Shown here: piece by piece, positions 47,675-56,637 of the stretch
Numbering within the stretch: position 1 is the first letter of the stretch
How the letters are laid out: each line of letters begins with the position of its first letter
DNA from: an uncultured virus (IMG/VR IMGVR_UViG_3300031539_000017)
Taxonomy: Duplodnaviria; Heunggongvirae; Uroviricota; Caudoviricetes
Virus record (IMG/VR): IMGVR_UViG_3300031539_000017
Strand: one strand, 5' to 3'
Length of the DNA stretch: 64,000 bases
Position numbers and translations under genes: made by a program
The notes under the pieces: generated by a model
Told to the model about the DNA's origin: nothing
Seen by the model: the letters and a program-made list of their open reading frames with translations, nothing else
The model's database searches: none

Positions 47675-48019
47675 ATGATGCATGATGTGGGGGACATTCA
47701 TGTAGCAGTAGATGTCAGGCCCTTTGGCGGCGTTGAGATTTATATTGGGCGTGGGAGGGGTTCTGGTTTTGAGGTGGCTCAGCCTGTAGAGCTGATATTC
47801 AAGTCCGCGAAGCCGGAGGAGGTATCCGAGCCAACTTTGCGGTTAGGTGAGTACTATGCCCATGAGCTGTTACAGGCGCTGGCTGAGGGGTTCGATAGTA
47901 TTGGTATCAGGACCGACAAAGATGCCAAGATTGAAGGCACGCTGGGAGCGACGCGGTATCACCTGGAAGATTTGCGGAGCTTGCTGAAGTTGGGGGGGGA
48001 TGAGAACCAATCTCAGTGA
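47675..48019 (+). CDS. Hypothetical protein
   Basis: AAGGAGG RBS. Confidence 0.6.
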   Translation: MMHDVGDIHVAVDVRPFGGVEIYIGRGRGSGFEVAQPVELIFKSAKPEEVSEPTLRLGEYYAHELLQALAEGFDSIGIRTDKDAKIEGTLGATRYHLEDLRSLLKLGGDENQSQ

Positions 48020-48719
48020 CAAACGGCTGTTCTTCGTGATCGGTCCACCCCGGTCCGGCACGACCATCGTGGCCAGAGTATTCAACTCCTTAGAAGATGG
48101 GTTCTGCTTAGGGGAGCCGCACTGGATTCACGAGGCTGAGGGCGGCAAGGCTGACGGGCAGGCCTACGGCAAGGTCGAACGGTGGCACAAGCCCGTGGAT
48201 GATTACCGGCTCATCATGCAGGCCAATGTGATACCGATCCTGGAGCGGGGTCCTTTCAAGGTTGGAGGCTACAAGGAGACTTACCAGCACTTCCGGCATA
48301 CCTGCGAGCCTTTGCTGGAGGCTCACATGCCCTTGGTAGACTTCTTCATCGTGGTGCTTCGGGACCCCCGACTGGTGCTATCCTCGCTGCGGGCGCTGGG
48401 CTGGGACAATGTGCGAGTGAGAGACATCAATCAAGACTACGAGCGCATGAGTGAGCTGGCGCAGGATGAGCGGGCGGTCGTGGTGGTCTTGGAGGACTTC
48501 GTGAAGGACCCCCTGGGATACCTGAATGCGTGGCTGCCCTTTCAGATCGAGGGGCCTTTGGAACTGAAGCCCACGGGTCACAGGTACGGTGACACGGTTG
48601 CCAATAAGGGTGATACTGTGGACCCCGAGGCGCCGGGCCGGAGAGTTATGGACCTCAGCGACAAGTGGGTGCGGGGTTTGGCCCCGGCCATGGGGGTGTG
48701 GGAACGATGGAAGAGCTAA
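48000..48719 (+). CDS. Sulfotransferase
   Basis: GPPRSGTT (5'-PSB loop) and LRDPRLVLSS (3'-PB). Confidence 0.8.
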   Translation: MRTNLSDKRLFFVIGPPRSGTTIVARVFNSLEDGFCLGEPHWIHEAEGGKADGQAYGKVERWHKPVDDYRLIMQANVIPILERGPFKVGGYKETYQHFRHTCEPLLEAHMPLVDFFIVVLRDPRLVLSSLRALGWDNVRVRDINQDYERMSELAQDERAVVVVLEDFVKDPLGYLNAWLPFQIEGPLELKPTGHRYGDTVANKGDTVDPEAPGRRVMDLSDKWVRGLAPAMGVWERWKS

Positions 48720-49525
48720 GGGCCTTGATGGGACGGTACACTGTGGAGAACCTGGACCCTTTTGAGGCATCTGACGGGATGGAGGCCAAGCGGTTCCAGG
48801 AGCGCATCGAGTCCCTGCCGGGCACGGTGTACGGTGATGACCCCAATCAGCGCCCGTTTGATAACGTGTTCACCTGGGGGCACGACCATGATTTCGGGAC
48901 CTTCCAGATGAAGGGCCAGATGGGAGATCGGCACATCCGGGTGGTCAAGGCGTTCCTGGATATGGGGGTGGAGTTCAAGGGCCGTGTGCTGGACGTGGGC
49001 TGCTGGACTGGTGGCACATCGCTCCTACTGGCGGCGATGGGGTGCGAAGTCACCGCTGTTGAAGAGGCTCTTCATTATGCTGGGGTCATGAACTTTTTGG
49101 CGCAGGCCTTTGGCCTTGGGAGTCAACTGGAGGTCATTCATTGGTCCCTTTACGACCTTCCGGGCTTTTGTGAGCCGGTGGACATGGTGGGGAGGTTTGA
49201 CCTGGTTTTGTGCGCGGGCGTCCTGTACCATGTGACTGATCCTGTACGTGCTCTACGCATCATGTTTGAGCGTTTGGCAGACGGCGGGACGTTGTTGCTG
49301 GAGACCGCGATCTCTGAGGTTACGGGCAAGCATTTGGTCTACTGCGGCCCGCAAGAGCCGGGTTACCGATGGCTCCTACCTACGGTGGAGGTGTTGTACT
49401 GCATGTTGGTGGACGTGGGTTTCAAGGACATTCAACACGAACTGCACGCTGACGGCAGCCGGGCTACGGTAGTCGCTAAAAGGAAGGAACACGTGAGTAT
49501 GATGATGGCGGGGGTATCGAGGTGA
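48707..49525 (+). CDS. Class I SAM-dependent methyltransferase (CmoB-like)
   Basis: VLDVGCWTG, FDLVLCAGVLYH, GGTLLLET. Confidence 0.8.
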   Translation: MEELRALMGRYTVENLDPFEASDGMEAKRFQERIESLPGTVYGDDPNQRPFDNVFTWGHDHDFGTFQMKGQMGDRHIRVVKAFLDMGVEFKGRVLDVGCWTGGTSLLLAAMGCEVTAVEEALHYAGVMNFLAQAFGLGSQLEVIHWSLYDLPGFCEPVDMVGRFDLVLCAGVLYHVTDPVRALRIMFERLADGGTLLLETAISEVTGKHLVYCGPQEPGYRWLLPTVEVLYCMLVDVGFKDIQHELHADGSRATVVAKRKEHVSMMMAGVSR

Positions 49526-50061
49526 CCATAACAGCTTTTGACCTTTCAGATGGGAATGAACCAATGAGTTACGGCGAGATCAACTTCCTGGTCTCATTGG
49601 TCAAGGACCTTACGGCAGAACCGGTCATCGTCAACATCGGGGCCGCGGATGGTGTGTCCACCGTGGCTATGCTGGAGGCCCGCAGGGATGCCTTCATCTT
49701 CTCTGTGGACATCGGCGAGTGCCCCCAGGAGCGGGCCAACGTAGAGGCTGCTGGGCTTGATGTAACCCGCGTGGTGCGACTCTTAGGGCGCAGTCAGGAC
49801 GTCGGCAAGCGGTTCCCCTATGAGGCTGATATGGTGCTTGTGGATGGAGGGCATGATTATGAGTCCGTGGGGGGGGATATTGAGGTCTGGGCTTGGCGCG
49901 TGCGACCTAGCGGGGTGCTGGCGTTTCACGACTACATCGAGCCACCCCGGCCTGCGAACAACCCGAGTGAGGCTTTTGAGGCTGTGAATGATAACCTACC
50001 GGACGGGTTTGAGCTGGTCAGCCGTGTGGACAGGCTGATTGCATTCAGGAGGGTGGGGTGA
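49522..50061 (+). CDS. Methyltransferase (Methyltransf_24-like)
   Basis: VNIGAADGVST, VDGGHDYESV..DI, LAFHDY. Confidence 0.8.
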   Translation: MTITAFDLSDGNEPMSYGEINFLVSLVKDLTAEPVIVNIGAADGVSTVAMLEARRDAFIFSVDIGECPQERANVEAAGLDVTRVVRLLGRSQDVGKRFPYEADMVLVDGGHDYESVGGDIEVWAWRVRPSGVLAFHDYIEPPRPANNPSEAFEAVNDNLPDGFELVSRVDRLIAFRRVG

Positions 50062-50309
50062 AGGCCAATCTAGTGTCGCTGGGCCTCCCAGCTGATGAGG
50101 TTCTCAGGCGCGTGAAGAGGCCGAAGCGCACGCGGCGCCTGGGCCTGGACCCTGACTTGCGCGGCTGGATGGGTGGCATTCAGGGCAAGGTTTTTGAGTG
50201 GGTGTATCCCTGGGGGGTGCTGGTGTTCAAACGCCGCCGGGATGAAGGGCATGGTCCGCACTGCTACCGCGTGGTGGAGAAGAGGGTGAATGATGGCAAG
50301 AAGAGATAA
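50058..50309 (+). CDS. Hypothetical protein
   Basis: GTGA overlap, basic. Confidence 0.5.
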   Translation: MKANLVSLGLPADEVLRRVKRPKRTRRLGLDPDLRGWMGGIQGKVFEWVYPWGVLVFKRRRDEGHGPHCYRVVEKRVNDGKKR

Positions 50310-50700
50310 TGGGGAACTGCGGGAGCTGGACGCACAGGTGGCCGAGGAGGTGATGGAAGTTGAACTCTGTCACCATGAGTTGCACGAGACGAAGCCCGTT
50401 TGCAAGTACTGCCACCTTAATGAGGGTTTCTGGCAGCCGAAGTGGGGAAGAATAGAGCCACCGAATCACTATTCCACTGACATGGCCCATGCCTGGCCGG
50501 TTCACAAGATGGCTTGCTCATGGCTCTTCAGTAAGCGTAGGCTCTACTTGGTGGCGCTGCAGGGTGTGGTGTGTGAAAGGCTACGTAAAGAGGGCGAGCT
50601 AAGGGTAAAGGGCAAGGTGGCATGGCCCGATGTGCTGGTTTTCTTGGGGCCGATAGACATCTGCAATGCGGCCCTGGAGGTGGTGCGAGATGTCCCTTGA
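50290..50700 (+). CDS. Phage ABA-sandwich-like protein
   Basis: ELDAQVAEEVM...YSTDMAHAWPV...ICNAAL. Confidence 0.6.
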   Translation: MMARRDNGELRELDAQVAEEVMEVELCHHELHETKPVCKYCHLNEGFWQPKWGRIEPPNHYSTDMAHAWPVHKMACSWLFSKRRLYLVALQGVVCERLRKEGELRVKGKVAWPDVLVFLGPIDICNAALEVVRDVP

Positions 50701-51217
50701 CCCTATGACTACCGGCCCTGCATACCAGGGTTGGGCGGTGGACTTCCTGAACCCGCGGATTGAAAAGCACTTCCGTGCCTTCGAGTGGGGTAGCGGTTGG
50801 AGCACTATCTGGCTGGCTGCGCGGTGTGCCAGCGTGGTCAGCGTAGAGCATGACCGAGAATGGTTTCAGGACGCGGAGTCCAACATGCGGCGGTATGGGG
50901 TGGGGGAGAACGTGAGCCTGCTGCACATACCCAAGGACCGAGGCGCGTCGGAGTACGCGTACTATGCCGACGTCATCCTGGGCTATCCCGATGAGCACTT
51001 TCACATCATCTGCGTGGACGGACGCAACCGGGCAGGGTGTATCCGGAACGCCATGGTGAAGCTGGTGAGGCCCGGCGGGATGATGGTGGTGGATGACTAC
51101 CCCAGGGCGCAGTACCAGGAGGCTTTGCAGCTGATGGACAGTTGGAGCCGTAACCTGGTCTATCGGGGCACCGAGACCATGGCCACGGGCGTGTGGTTCA
51201 GACCGACGGAGGGGTGA
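50690..51217 (+). CDS. Class I SAM-dependent methyltransferase
   Basis: FEWGSGWST, SVEHD, VDGR.R, VVDD. Confidence 0.8.
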   Translation: MSLDPMTTGPAYQGWAVDFLNPRIEKHFRAFEWGSGWSTIWLAARCASVVSVEHDREWFQDAESNMRRYGVGENVSLLHIPKDRGASEYAYYADVILGYPDEHFHIICVDGRNRAGCIRNAMVKLVRPGGMMVVDDYPRAQYQEALQLMDSWSRNLVYRGTETMATGVWFRPTEG

Positions 51218-51218
51218 G

Positions 51219-51977
51219 ATGACCCTTTTCGCTCATACTCACTGTGTAGCGTTTGAGCTGTCTAATACCTGTCCGTATGCCTGGTTACACAAGAAGTGCC
51301 CTCTACACTTGGAGTTGGCATCGGCCTTTCGACTGAAGGAGACAAAACACCTGCCCGGCAGTGTTGTAAGGGCTGTGCTGGACACTTTGGGAAAGCACGG
51401 GTACAAGAGTACCATCTCCTTTCATCAGTACAATGAGCCGTTAGTTGACCCGCGCCTGTTCGAGTTCATCCGCTACGCCAGGAAGCAATGCCCGGAGGCC
51501 AGGATCATCATTCTGACCAACGGGGTTTTTCTATCGCGGCAACTGGCCCTGGAACTGGAAGAGGCTGGCCTGACGGGCTTGTGGGTGACGCTTTACGGTG
51601 GTCAGGAGGATGAAGGGGCTACATGGGAATGGATGAAACGTGAGATCATACCCATCTTCTCGGAGAGCAATGTCCAGACCTGGGCTATGAATGATGGACT
51701 GGATGACAGGCTGTGCATTTATGATCGGGAATATCAGACTGACAGGCGCAATTGTTATGCGCCGTTTAGTGCAGTCATTATCACCAGGGATGCGGAATGG
51801 GGATTGTGTTGTATGGATTGGAAGCGCACGGTATCCCTGGGGAGCCTGAGGGAGCATACCCTGGAAGAACTGATGCAGTCCGGTGAGCCGGAGCGCATCT
51901 ATGCGGCATTGCAAGGGGGGGATCGGACGGTATTGGACCTGTGCCGCCGCTGCACGTTTACGATAACCCCAAGGTGA
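51219..51977 (+). CDS. Radical SAM / SPASM-like protein with atypical cluster motif
   Basis: ELSNTCPYAWLHKKCP, YNEPL, TNG, C-terminal CYAP..CCMDW..CRRC. Confidence 0.75.
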   Translation: MTLFAHTHCVAFELSNTCPYAWLHKKCPLHLELASAFRLKETKHLPGSVVRAVLDTLGKHGYKSTISFHQYNEPLVDPRLFEFIRYARKQCPEARIIILTNGVFLSRQLALELEEAGLTGLWVTLYGGQEDEGATWEWMKREIIPIFSESNVQTWAMNDGLDDRLCIYDREYQTDRRNCYAPFSAVIITRDAEWGLCCMDWKRTVSLGSLREHTLEELMQSGEPERIYAALQGGDRTVLDLCRRCTFTITPR

Positions 51978-51980
51978 GAC

Positions 51981-52023
51981 CTTTGCTGGCAAAAGGTTTG
52001 GGTGTGGTATATTTTGTGCAAAA
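51981..52023 (+). promoter_or_regulatory. Bipartite element copy 7 (B then A) with -10 overlapping box A
   Basis: CTTTGCTGGCAAAA 51981-51994, TGG-TATATT 52008-52013, TTTTGTGCAAAA 52012-52023. Confidence 0.8.
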
Positions 52024-52034
52024 GGGAGGACACC

Positions 52035-52244
52035 ATGTTTGAGATTTTTCAGGGCGTTATTCTTAAATCGGATTGCCGACTAATCATTGTGTTTCGTGAT
52101 GAGGGGTCTATGCAGGCTGAGTTGATAACCCTCAATACTCATGGTCTGTTGGTCCATGCTGAAGGGGGCACTATGTATGTGCCTTGGACCTCAGTCAAGA
52201 CTGTCGAGCTTCTTGATATTCTCGATGATTCTAGTGGGGAATAG
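52035..52244 (+). CDS. Hypothetical protein
   Basis: GGAGG RBS after element copy 7. Confidence 0.55.
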   Translation: MFEIFQGVILKSDCRLIIVFRDEGSMQAELITLNTHGLLVHAEGGTMYVPWTSVKTVELLDILDDSSGE

Positions 52245-53446
52245 TGGAGCCAAGGGGCATTCTCTACTTTGCCATAGGTAGTAGGTATCTCATGCAGGCA
52301 CAGAAGGCCGTGGCTCGCGTGCGGGACGTGTGGCCTGGGATGCCGTGCGCTATCTGGACGGAGCGGGTACCTGGTCCGGTGATGCTATCCCGTATGGAGG
52401 CCTGGCGGCAATCACCCTTCGAGCGCACCCTGGCCCTGGATGCAGACGTGTGGCTGGCGGAGCCGGTGCCGGAGGTCTTTGACTTACTGGACCGCTTCGA
52501 CCTGGCGGCGGCGTATGCCCCCTGGAGAGAGGGTTATCCTGTGAATGTGCCCGATGCCTTCCCGGAGCACAACTGCGGCGTGGTGGCCTTTCGTAAAGAT
52601 GTGATCCTACTGGATTTCATGAACGATTGGGAGCGGAGGTTCCGGGAGCGCTACAGGGACATAGAGGAGATCAAGGGTTTCCACAATGATCAACCCGCTT
52701 TCCGGGAGGCCCTGTACTACTCAAGGGTGCGTGTCGCTACCCTGCCAGCGGAGTACAACTGGCGGGGTGTGGGTTATGTTTGGGGGAAAGTGAAGGTGCT
52801 GCACGTCAGGCGCCCGCCCCAGATGGTAGAACGGGAGATCAATGAGCGACTTGGACCAAGGGTGTGTATGAACTGGAAGATTCACTATGGAGAGGAGTTC
52901 CACCCGTCGATGATGCTGGAGGCGATAGACCTGACTGGCAAGGACTACCATCACGAGCTAGAGGACATAGACACGCTGAAACGGCTGGCGGGGATGCTGC
53001 CCAGGGATGCGGTGGTAGTCAACATCGGGGCTGCGTTTGGTACGAGCGCCCTAGCACTCCTGGAGGCCCGTGAGGACCTGTTCGTGTTCTCTGTGGATGT
53101 GAAGCCCTGTGAGAAGGAGAGGGAACACCTGGCGCAGTCGGGCGTGGACCCGGCGCGGTGCGTGCGGGTGCTGGGTCGCTCTCAGGAGATAGGGTGGCCG
53201 CGTGTGGTGGATATGGTTTTTCTGGATGGTTCCCATGCCCGCAAGGACGTGATAGCGGACATCGAGGCATGGCTGCCCCGAATCAAGCCAGGGGGCATCG
53301 TGGCGGCTGATGACTACGAGAAGGGCTGCACACCTGCGGTGAAGCCTGTGGTGGATGAGGTGCTGATGGGCAAGTATGAGATGATCCTGCACGTGGGGGA
53401 TATCGTGGCATTCAGGATACAGGGAGGGGACGATGGCAGAGCGTGA
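52244..53446 (+). CDS. GT8-like glycosyltransferase fused to methyltransferase
   Basis: SPFERTLALDAD, NCGV, DQPAFR, LPAEYN; then VNIGAAFG, LDGSH, DDY. Confidence 0.8.
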   Translation: MEPRGILYFAIGSRYLMQAQKAVARVRDVWPGMPCAIWTERVPGPVMLSRMEAWRQSPFERTLALDADVWLAEPVPEVFDLLDRFDLAAAYAPWREGYPVNVPDAFPEHNCGVVAFRKDVILLDFMNDWERRFRERYRDIEEIKGFHNDQPAFREALYYSRVRVATLPAEYNWRGVGYVWGKVKVLHVRRPPQMVEREINERLGPRVCMNWKIHYGEEFHPSMMLEAIDLTGKDYHHELEDIDTLKRLAGMLPRDAVVVNIGAAFGTSALALLEAREDLFVFSVDVKPCEKEREHLAQSGVDPARCVRVLGRSQEIGWPRVVDMVFLDGSHARKDVIADIEAWLPRIKPGGIVAADDYEKGCTPAVKPVVDEVLMGKYEMILHVGDIVAFRIQGGDDGRA

Positions 53447-53624
53447 GTGCCTGGAGTGCGGCTGCGTGCGCGGCGAGTACCTGTGCCGGGTGGCGGAGCA
53501 TCTCTGGGGCAGGGTAGAGTCGTTCTACCAGCGCAGCCAGAGGATGGGCTTCGATGAGAAGACCTGGAGCGATTATCAAGGGGCGCTGGCAGACTACAAG
53601 GCGCATTTCGGCAGGGAATCATGA
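53433..53624 (+). CDS. Hypothetical protein
   Basis: GGAGG RBS, overlaps neighbours. Confidence 0.5.
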   Translation: MAERECLECGCVRGEYLCRVAEHLWGRVESFYQRSQRMGFDEKTWSDYQGALADYKAHFGRES

Positions 53625-54427
53625 ATGAGCAAGACCTCAAGGACGCCTTCGCGGCCCTGGAGCCGATGAGTGACGAGGCCCCGCCCCGGTACACGTGGGA
53701 GCGGCACCGGTGGGAGATGCGCCGCCATGTGCGCCGGGATCCCATTGCGGGGTTCTTGAACTGGCCCACGGTGACGGCTACCATGTTCGCGGGGGAGACC
53801 CCGTTTATCCGTTCTGAGCTGGAGGCCCTGCGGGCGCAGCCTGATTGGGCGATCCCTTGGCGGCCTGCCATCGCGGATAGCGGAATAGGCAATGCCCCAC
53901 GGATGTCCGGCGACACTTCCACGAACGCCAATATGATTCATCAGGCTTTTCACCTGATGATGTGGAACAAGGCCACGCTCAAGGAGCTGCGGGACCTGGA
54001 GACCATCACGGAGTTCGGTGGGGGCTATGGGGCCATGTGCCTGATAGCGTCAAGATTGGGGTTCCGGGGCACCTACCGCATGGTGGACTTCCCCGAGATG
54101 CGGCTTCTGCAGACCTACTACCTGTCACAGCACGAGCTGGGGTGCACGGTGGAGTTTCGGGAGGTCATCGGCCCACCGCGTTCAGACCTGTTGGTGGCTT
54201 GTTATTCGCTGAGTGAGGTCCCGCTAGAGGATCGCAAGCCGCTTCTCGGGGACGGGCGCGCTGACCATGCGGCCAATAGCTATCTCTTTGCCATGCAGGA
54301 TAAGTGGGATGACGTGGACAATCTGGATTGGGTGAGGCAGTTTACTATGTGGGACAGGGACGACTTGCTGTGGTCCATCTTCCCGATGGTGAGGCCGGGG
54401 CACTGGTACGCGATGGGCAATGCCTAA
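53621..54427 (+). CDS. Putative sugar O-methyltransferase
   Basis: EFGGGYG, VDFPE..LQ.YYL, SLSE motifs. Confidence 0.7.
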   Translation: MNEQDLKDAFAALEPMSDEAPPRYTWERHRWEMRRHVRRDPIAGFLNWPTVTATMFAGETPFIRSELEALRAQPDWAIPWRPAIADSGIGNAPRMSGDTSTNANMIHQAFHLMMWNKATLKELRDLETITEFGGGYGAMCLIASRLGFRGTYRMVDFPEMRLLQTYYLSQHELGCTVEFREVIGPPRSDLLVACYSLSEVPLEDRKPLLGDGRADHAANSYLFAMQDKWDDVDNLDWVRQFTMWDRDDLLWSIFPMVRPGHWYAMGNA

Positions 54428-54491
54428 ATGGATCAACGACCTAAATGCACAGGTCATAGAGTGTGATGAAGGTGGAGGATGAGGAGGAGAA

Positions 54492-54638
54492 ATGAATGAG
54501 ATAGTTGCGGTGCTCGTGGTGGTCTTGGTGCTGTTCTTTGTAGGGGTGCCCCTGGCGATGGTGCTCATTTCTCTTGGATGGCGCTGGCTTGACTTCGTAA
54601 ATAGCAAGCTACATATCGTCAAGGGTCCGTGGGACTAG
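54492..54638 (+). CDS. Small membrane protein (48 aa)
   Basis: GAGGAGG RBS; MNEIVAVLVVVLVLFFVGVPLAMVLISLGW... Confidence 0.6.
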   Translation: MNEIVAVLVVVLVLFFVGVPLAMVLISLGWRWLDFVNSKLHIVKGPWD

Positions 54639-54704
54639 ATGCCCAAGTGGACTGAGGATCTAAACGCATAGGTCATAGAACGCGACGAAGGTGGAGGATG
54701 AGGG

Positions 54705-54977
54705 ATGACCGAGAATGATGCTAGGTACTGTCTCAAGCTGCTACGAGATGAGTTGCCAGACGGGATAGACAAGGTTCTTGCCGAAGACCCCGACGTGGTA
54801 GTGCTGGCTAAGGAGTTGATGGAAGAGCATACCCTCATGGACGAAGAGGGAGTTCTGTGGGTGAACTTAGAGCACGGGCTGCTAGAGGGCATCTTAGAGG
54901 TGCAGTTCGGCATTCGCCTGACGCCCGGTGGCTATGAGTGGGTAGGAGGACAATGCCTAAGTGGATCGACGATCTAA
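54705..54977 (+). CDS. Hypothetical protein
   Basis: GGAGG RBS supplied by repeat copy 2. Confidence 0.55.
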   Translation: MTENDARYCLKLLRDELPDGIDKVLAEDPDVVVLAKELMEEHTLMDEEGVLWVNLEHGLLEGILEVQFGIRLTPGGYEWVGGQCLSGSTI

Positions 54978-55246
54978 ACCTAGAGGTCATAGAACGCGAT
55001 GAGGAACGATGTATCCTCTGTCCTGCGCCAGCGATGTATAAGCCGCACCACATCGTCCCCAGGTCTAGGGGCAAGGGGCGGAGTCCGAAACTATGGCGCT
55101 TAGAGAATATGTGTTGCGTCTGCCCACTACACCATGACAATACCAAGGCACTGCGAATCAGGTTGCTTGAGAGAATGGTTGAGCTTGGGCATGATATGAC
55201 TTGGGCCAGAGAATTTGTCGGCGAGATCGCGGGGGTGACATGCTAA
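54953..55246 (+). CDS. HNH endonuclease
   Basis: RD..RCILC...HHIVPRS.G...LEN...CPLHH. Confidence 0.8.
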   Translation: MPKWIDDLNLEVIERDEERCILCPAPAMYKPHHIVPRSRGKGRSPKLWRLENMCCVCPLHHDNTKALRIRLLERMVELGHDMTWAREFVGEIAGVTC

Positions 55247-56637
55247 TCTGCGCTGACTCTAGGGCTGCGCTGGCAGAGATAGAAGAGGGGAGCGTACAGT
55301 GCTGCATCACCTCTCCGCCATACTGGAGCCTCCGCAGGTACGGCGATGCAGCGGAGATGGTCTTTGGCGGCGATGCTGGCTGTGAGCATGAGTGGGGGCA
55401 GCACATTGTCAATCGGCGGGGCGCAGGCGGCGAGAGGGAATATGGCAGCTCTGATAGCGGTGTGGGCCGGGGGCCGGCACCCGAGTTGCCCTCCTCCAAT
55501 ATCTGCTCCCTCTGCGGCTGCTGGCGCGGTCAGTTCGGATTAGAGCCCACCCCCGAGATGTACGTGGAGCACATGCTGGACTTTTTGCGGGCAATATGGC
55601 GGGTGCTGAGGGATGATGGGACGCTGTGGCTGAATCTCGGGGACTCTTATGCGAGTCAGGGGGGGGCTAAGACAGAAGCCTCATACGCCTCAGCAGGCAC
55701 GGGCAATAGTGCCAATCGGACGCTGCGGGTTGATGCCCGGAGACCACCCGGAGGCCTCAAGCCCAAGGACCTCGTGATGATCCCCTTCCGCGTGGCGTTG
55801 GCTGCGCAGGCAGACGGGTGGTGGGTGCGGTCGGTGATCATCTGGTCCAAGCCTAACCCCATGCCAGAGTCAGTGCGGGACAGGCCGACAACGGCGCATG
55901 AATACGTGTTCCTCTTGACGAAGAGCAAGACCTACTTCTACGATGCCGATGCGATAAGGGAGCCATGTACCATGACGCCCCAGGCCAGGTTGACTCCACG
56001 AGACATGAAGAATGGCAAGGATAGCCAGCGGGCCGTTCACCGTAGACCACAATACCAGCTCCGAGATGAGCCAGGGGTAGAGGGCAACCCATTAGGCCGC
56101 AACAAGCGTACGGTCTGGGAGATAGCCACGGCCCCATATCCCGGCGCCCACTACGCAACATTTCCTCCCAAGCTAGTAGAGCCGATGATACTGACCACGC
56201 CCACGAAGGTCTGCGCTGAGTGCGGGGCTGGGTGGGAGAGGGTGGTTCAGAAGCCCGACATGAAGGAGCGACCAAAGCGCAACCAGCAGAAATACGGAGC
56301 AGAGCGCATCAATGTTGGCTGGGGTGACTACCCGCAGAGCGCGGGGCAGGAGTGGCAAAAGTGGCGCAACGAGAACCCTGACGTAACCCTTGGCTTCCGC
56401 CCCACCTGCTCCTGTGATGCTGAGACCAAGCCCGCCGTCATCTTAGACCCCTTCTGTGGTAGGGGCACCGTTCTCAAAGAGGCAAGAGCGCATGGCCGGG
56501 ACTGGATAGGCATAGACGTCGATCCTCAATCTATCAAGCTGGCGGAGGAATGGCTGGGGCTAGGGGAGGTTACCTATGAGATTGACGAAGAGCATTGGAT
56601 ACAGCCGCAATTAGTCAATGAGGAGTCAGCACAATGA
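55240..56637 (+). CDS. DNA methyltransferase (beta class, SPPY, probably N4-cytosine)
   Basis: ITSPPYW, LNLGDSY, IWSKPNPMPES, HYATFP, LDPFCGRGT. Confidence 0.9.
   Translation: MLICADSRAALAEIEEGSVQCCITSPPYWSLRRYGDAAEMVFGGDAGCEHEWGQHIVNRRGAGGEREYGSSDSGVGRGPAPELPSSNICSLCGCWRGQFGLEPTPEMYVEHMLDFLRAIWRVLRDDGTLWLNLGDSYASQGGAKTEASYASAGTGNSANRTLRVDARRPPGGLKPKDLVMIPFRVALAAQADGWWVRSVIIWSKPNPMPESVRDRPTTAHEYVFLLTKSKTYFYDADAIREPCTMTPQARLTPRDMKNGKDSQRAVHRRPQYQLRDEPGVEGNPLGRNKRTVWEIATAPYPGAHYATFPPKLVEPMILTTPTKVCAECGAGWERVVQKPDMKERPKRNQQKYGAERINVGWGDYPQSAGQEWQKWRNENPDVTLGFRPTCSCDAETKPAVILDPFCGRGTVLKEARAHGRDWIGIDVDPQSIKLAEEWLGLGEVTYEIDEEHWIQPQLVNEESAQ

Larger units (their letters stand above)
54420..55003 (+). 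repeat. Three dispersed direct repeats of the HNH gene 5' end (54420-54482, 54639-54701, 54953-55003)
   Basis: Translate as MPKWINDLNAQVIECDEGGG*, MPKWTEDLNA*VIERDEGGG* and MPKWIDDLNLEVIERDE. Confidence 0.85.

Noticed and set aside
1984..54671. Genome-wide stop codon reassignment suggested by TGA 1984 and TAG 54669
   Set aside because: All long genes are intact in the standard code and TGA, TAG and TAA all end genes at tight junctions.
54420..55003. CRISPR array
   Set aside because: Repeats are ~50-60 nt, degenerate and coding-derived, with gene-sized spacers and no cas genes.
55583..55596. Ninth box B copy (TTTTGCGGGCAATA)
   Set aside because: Inside a coding region, imperfect, and no box A at plus or minus 30 bp.
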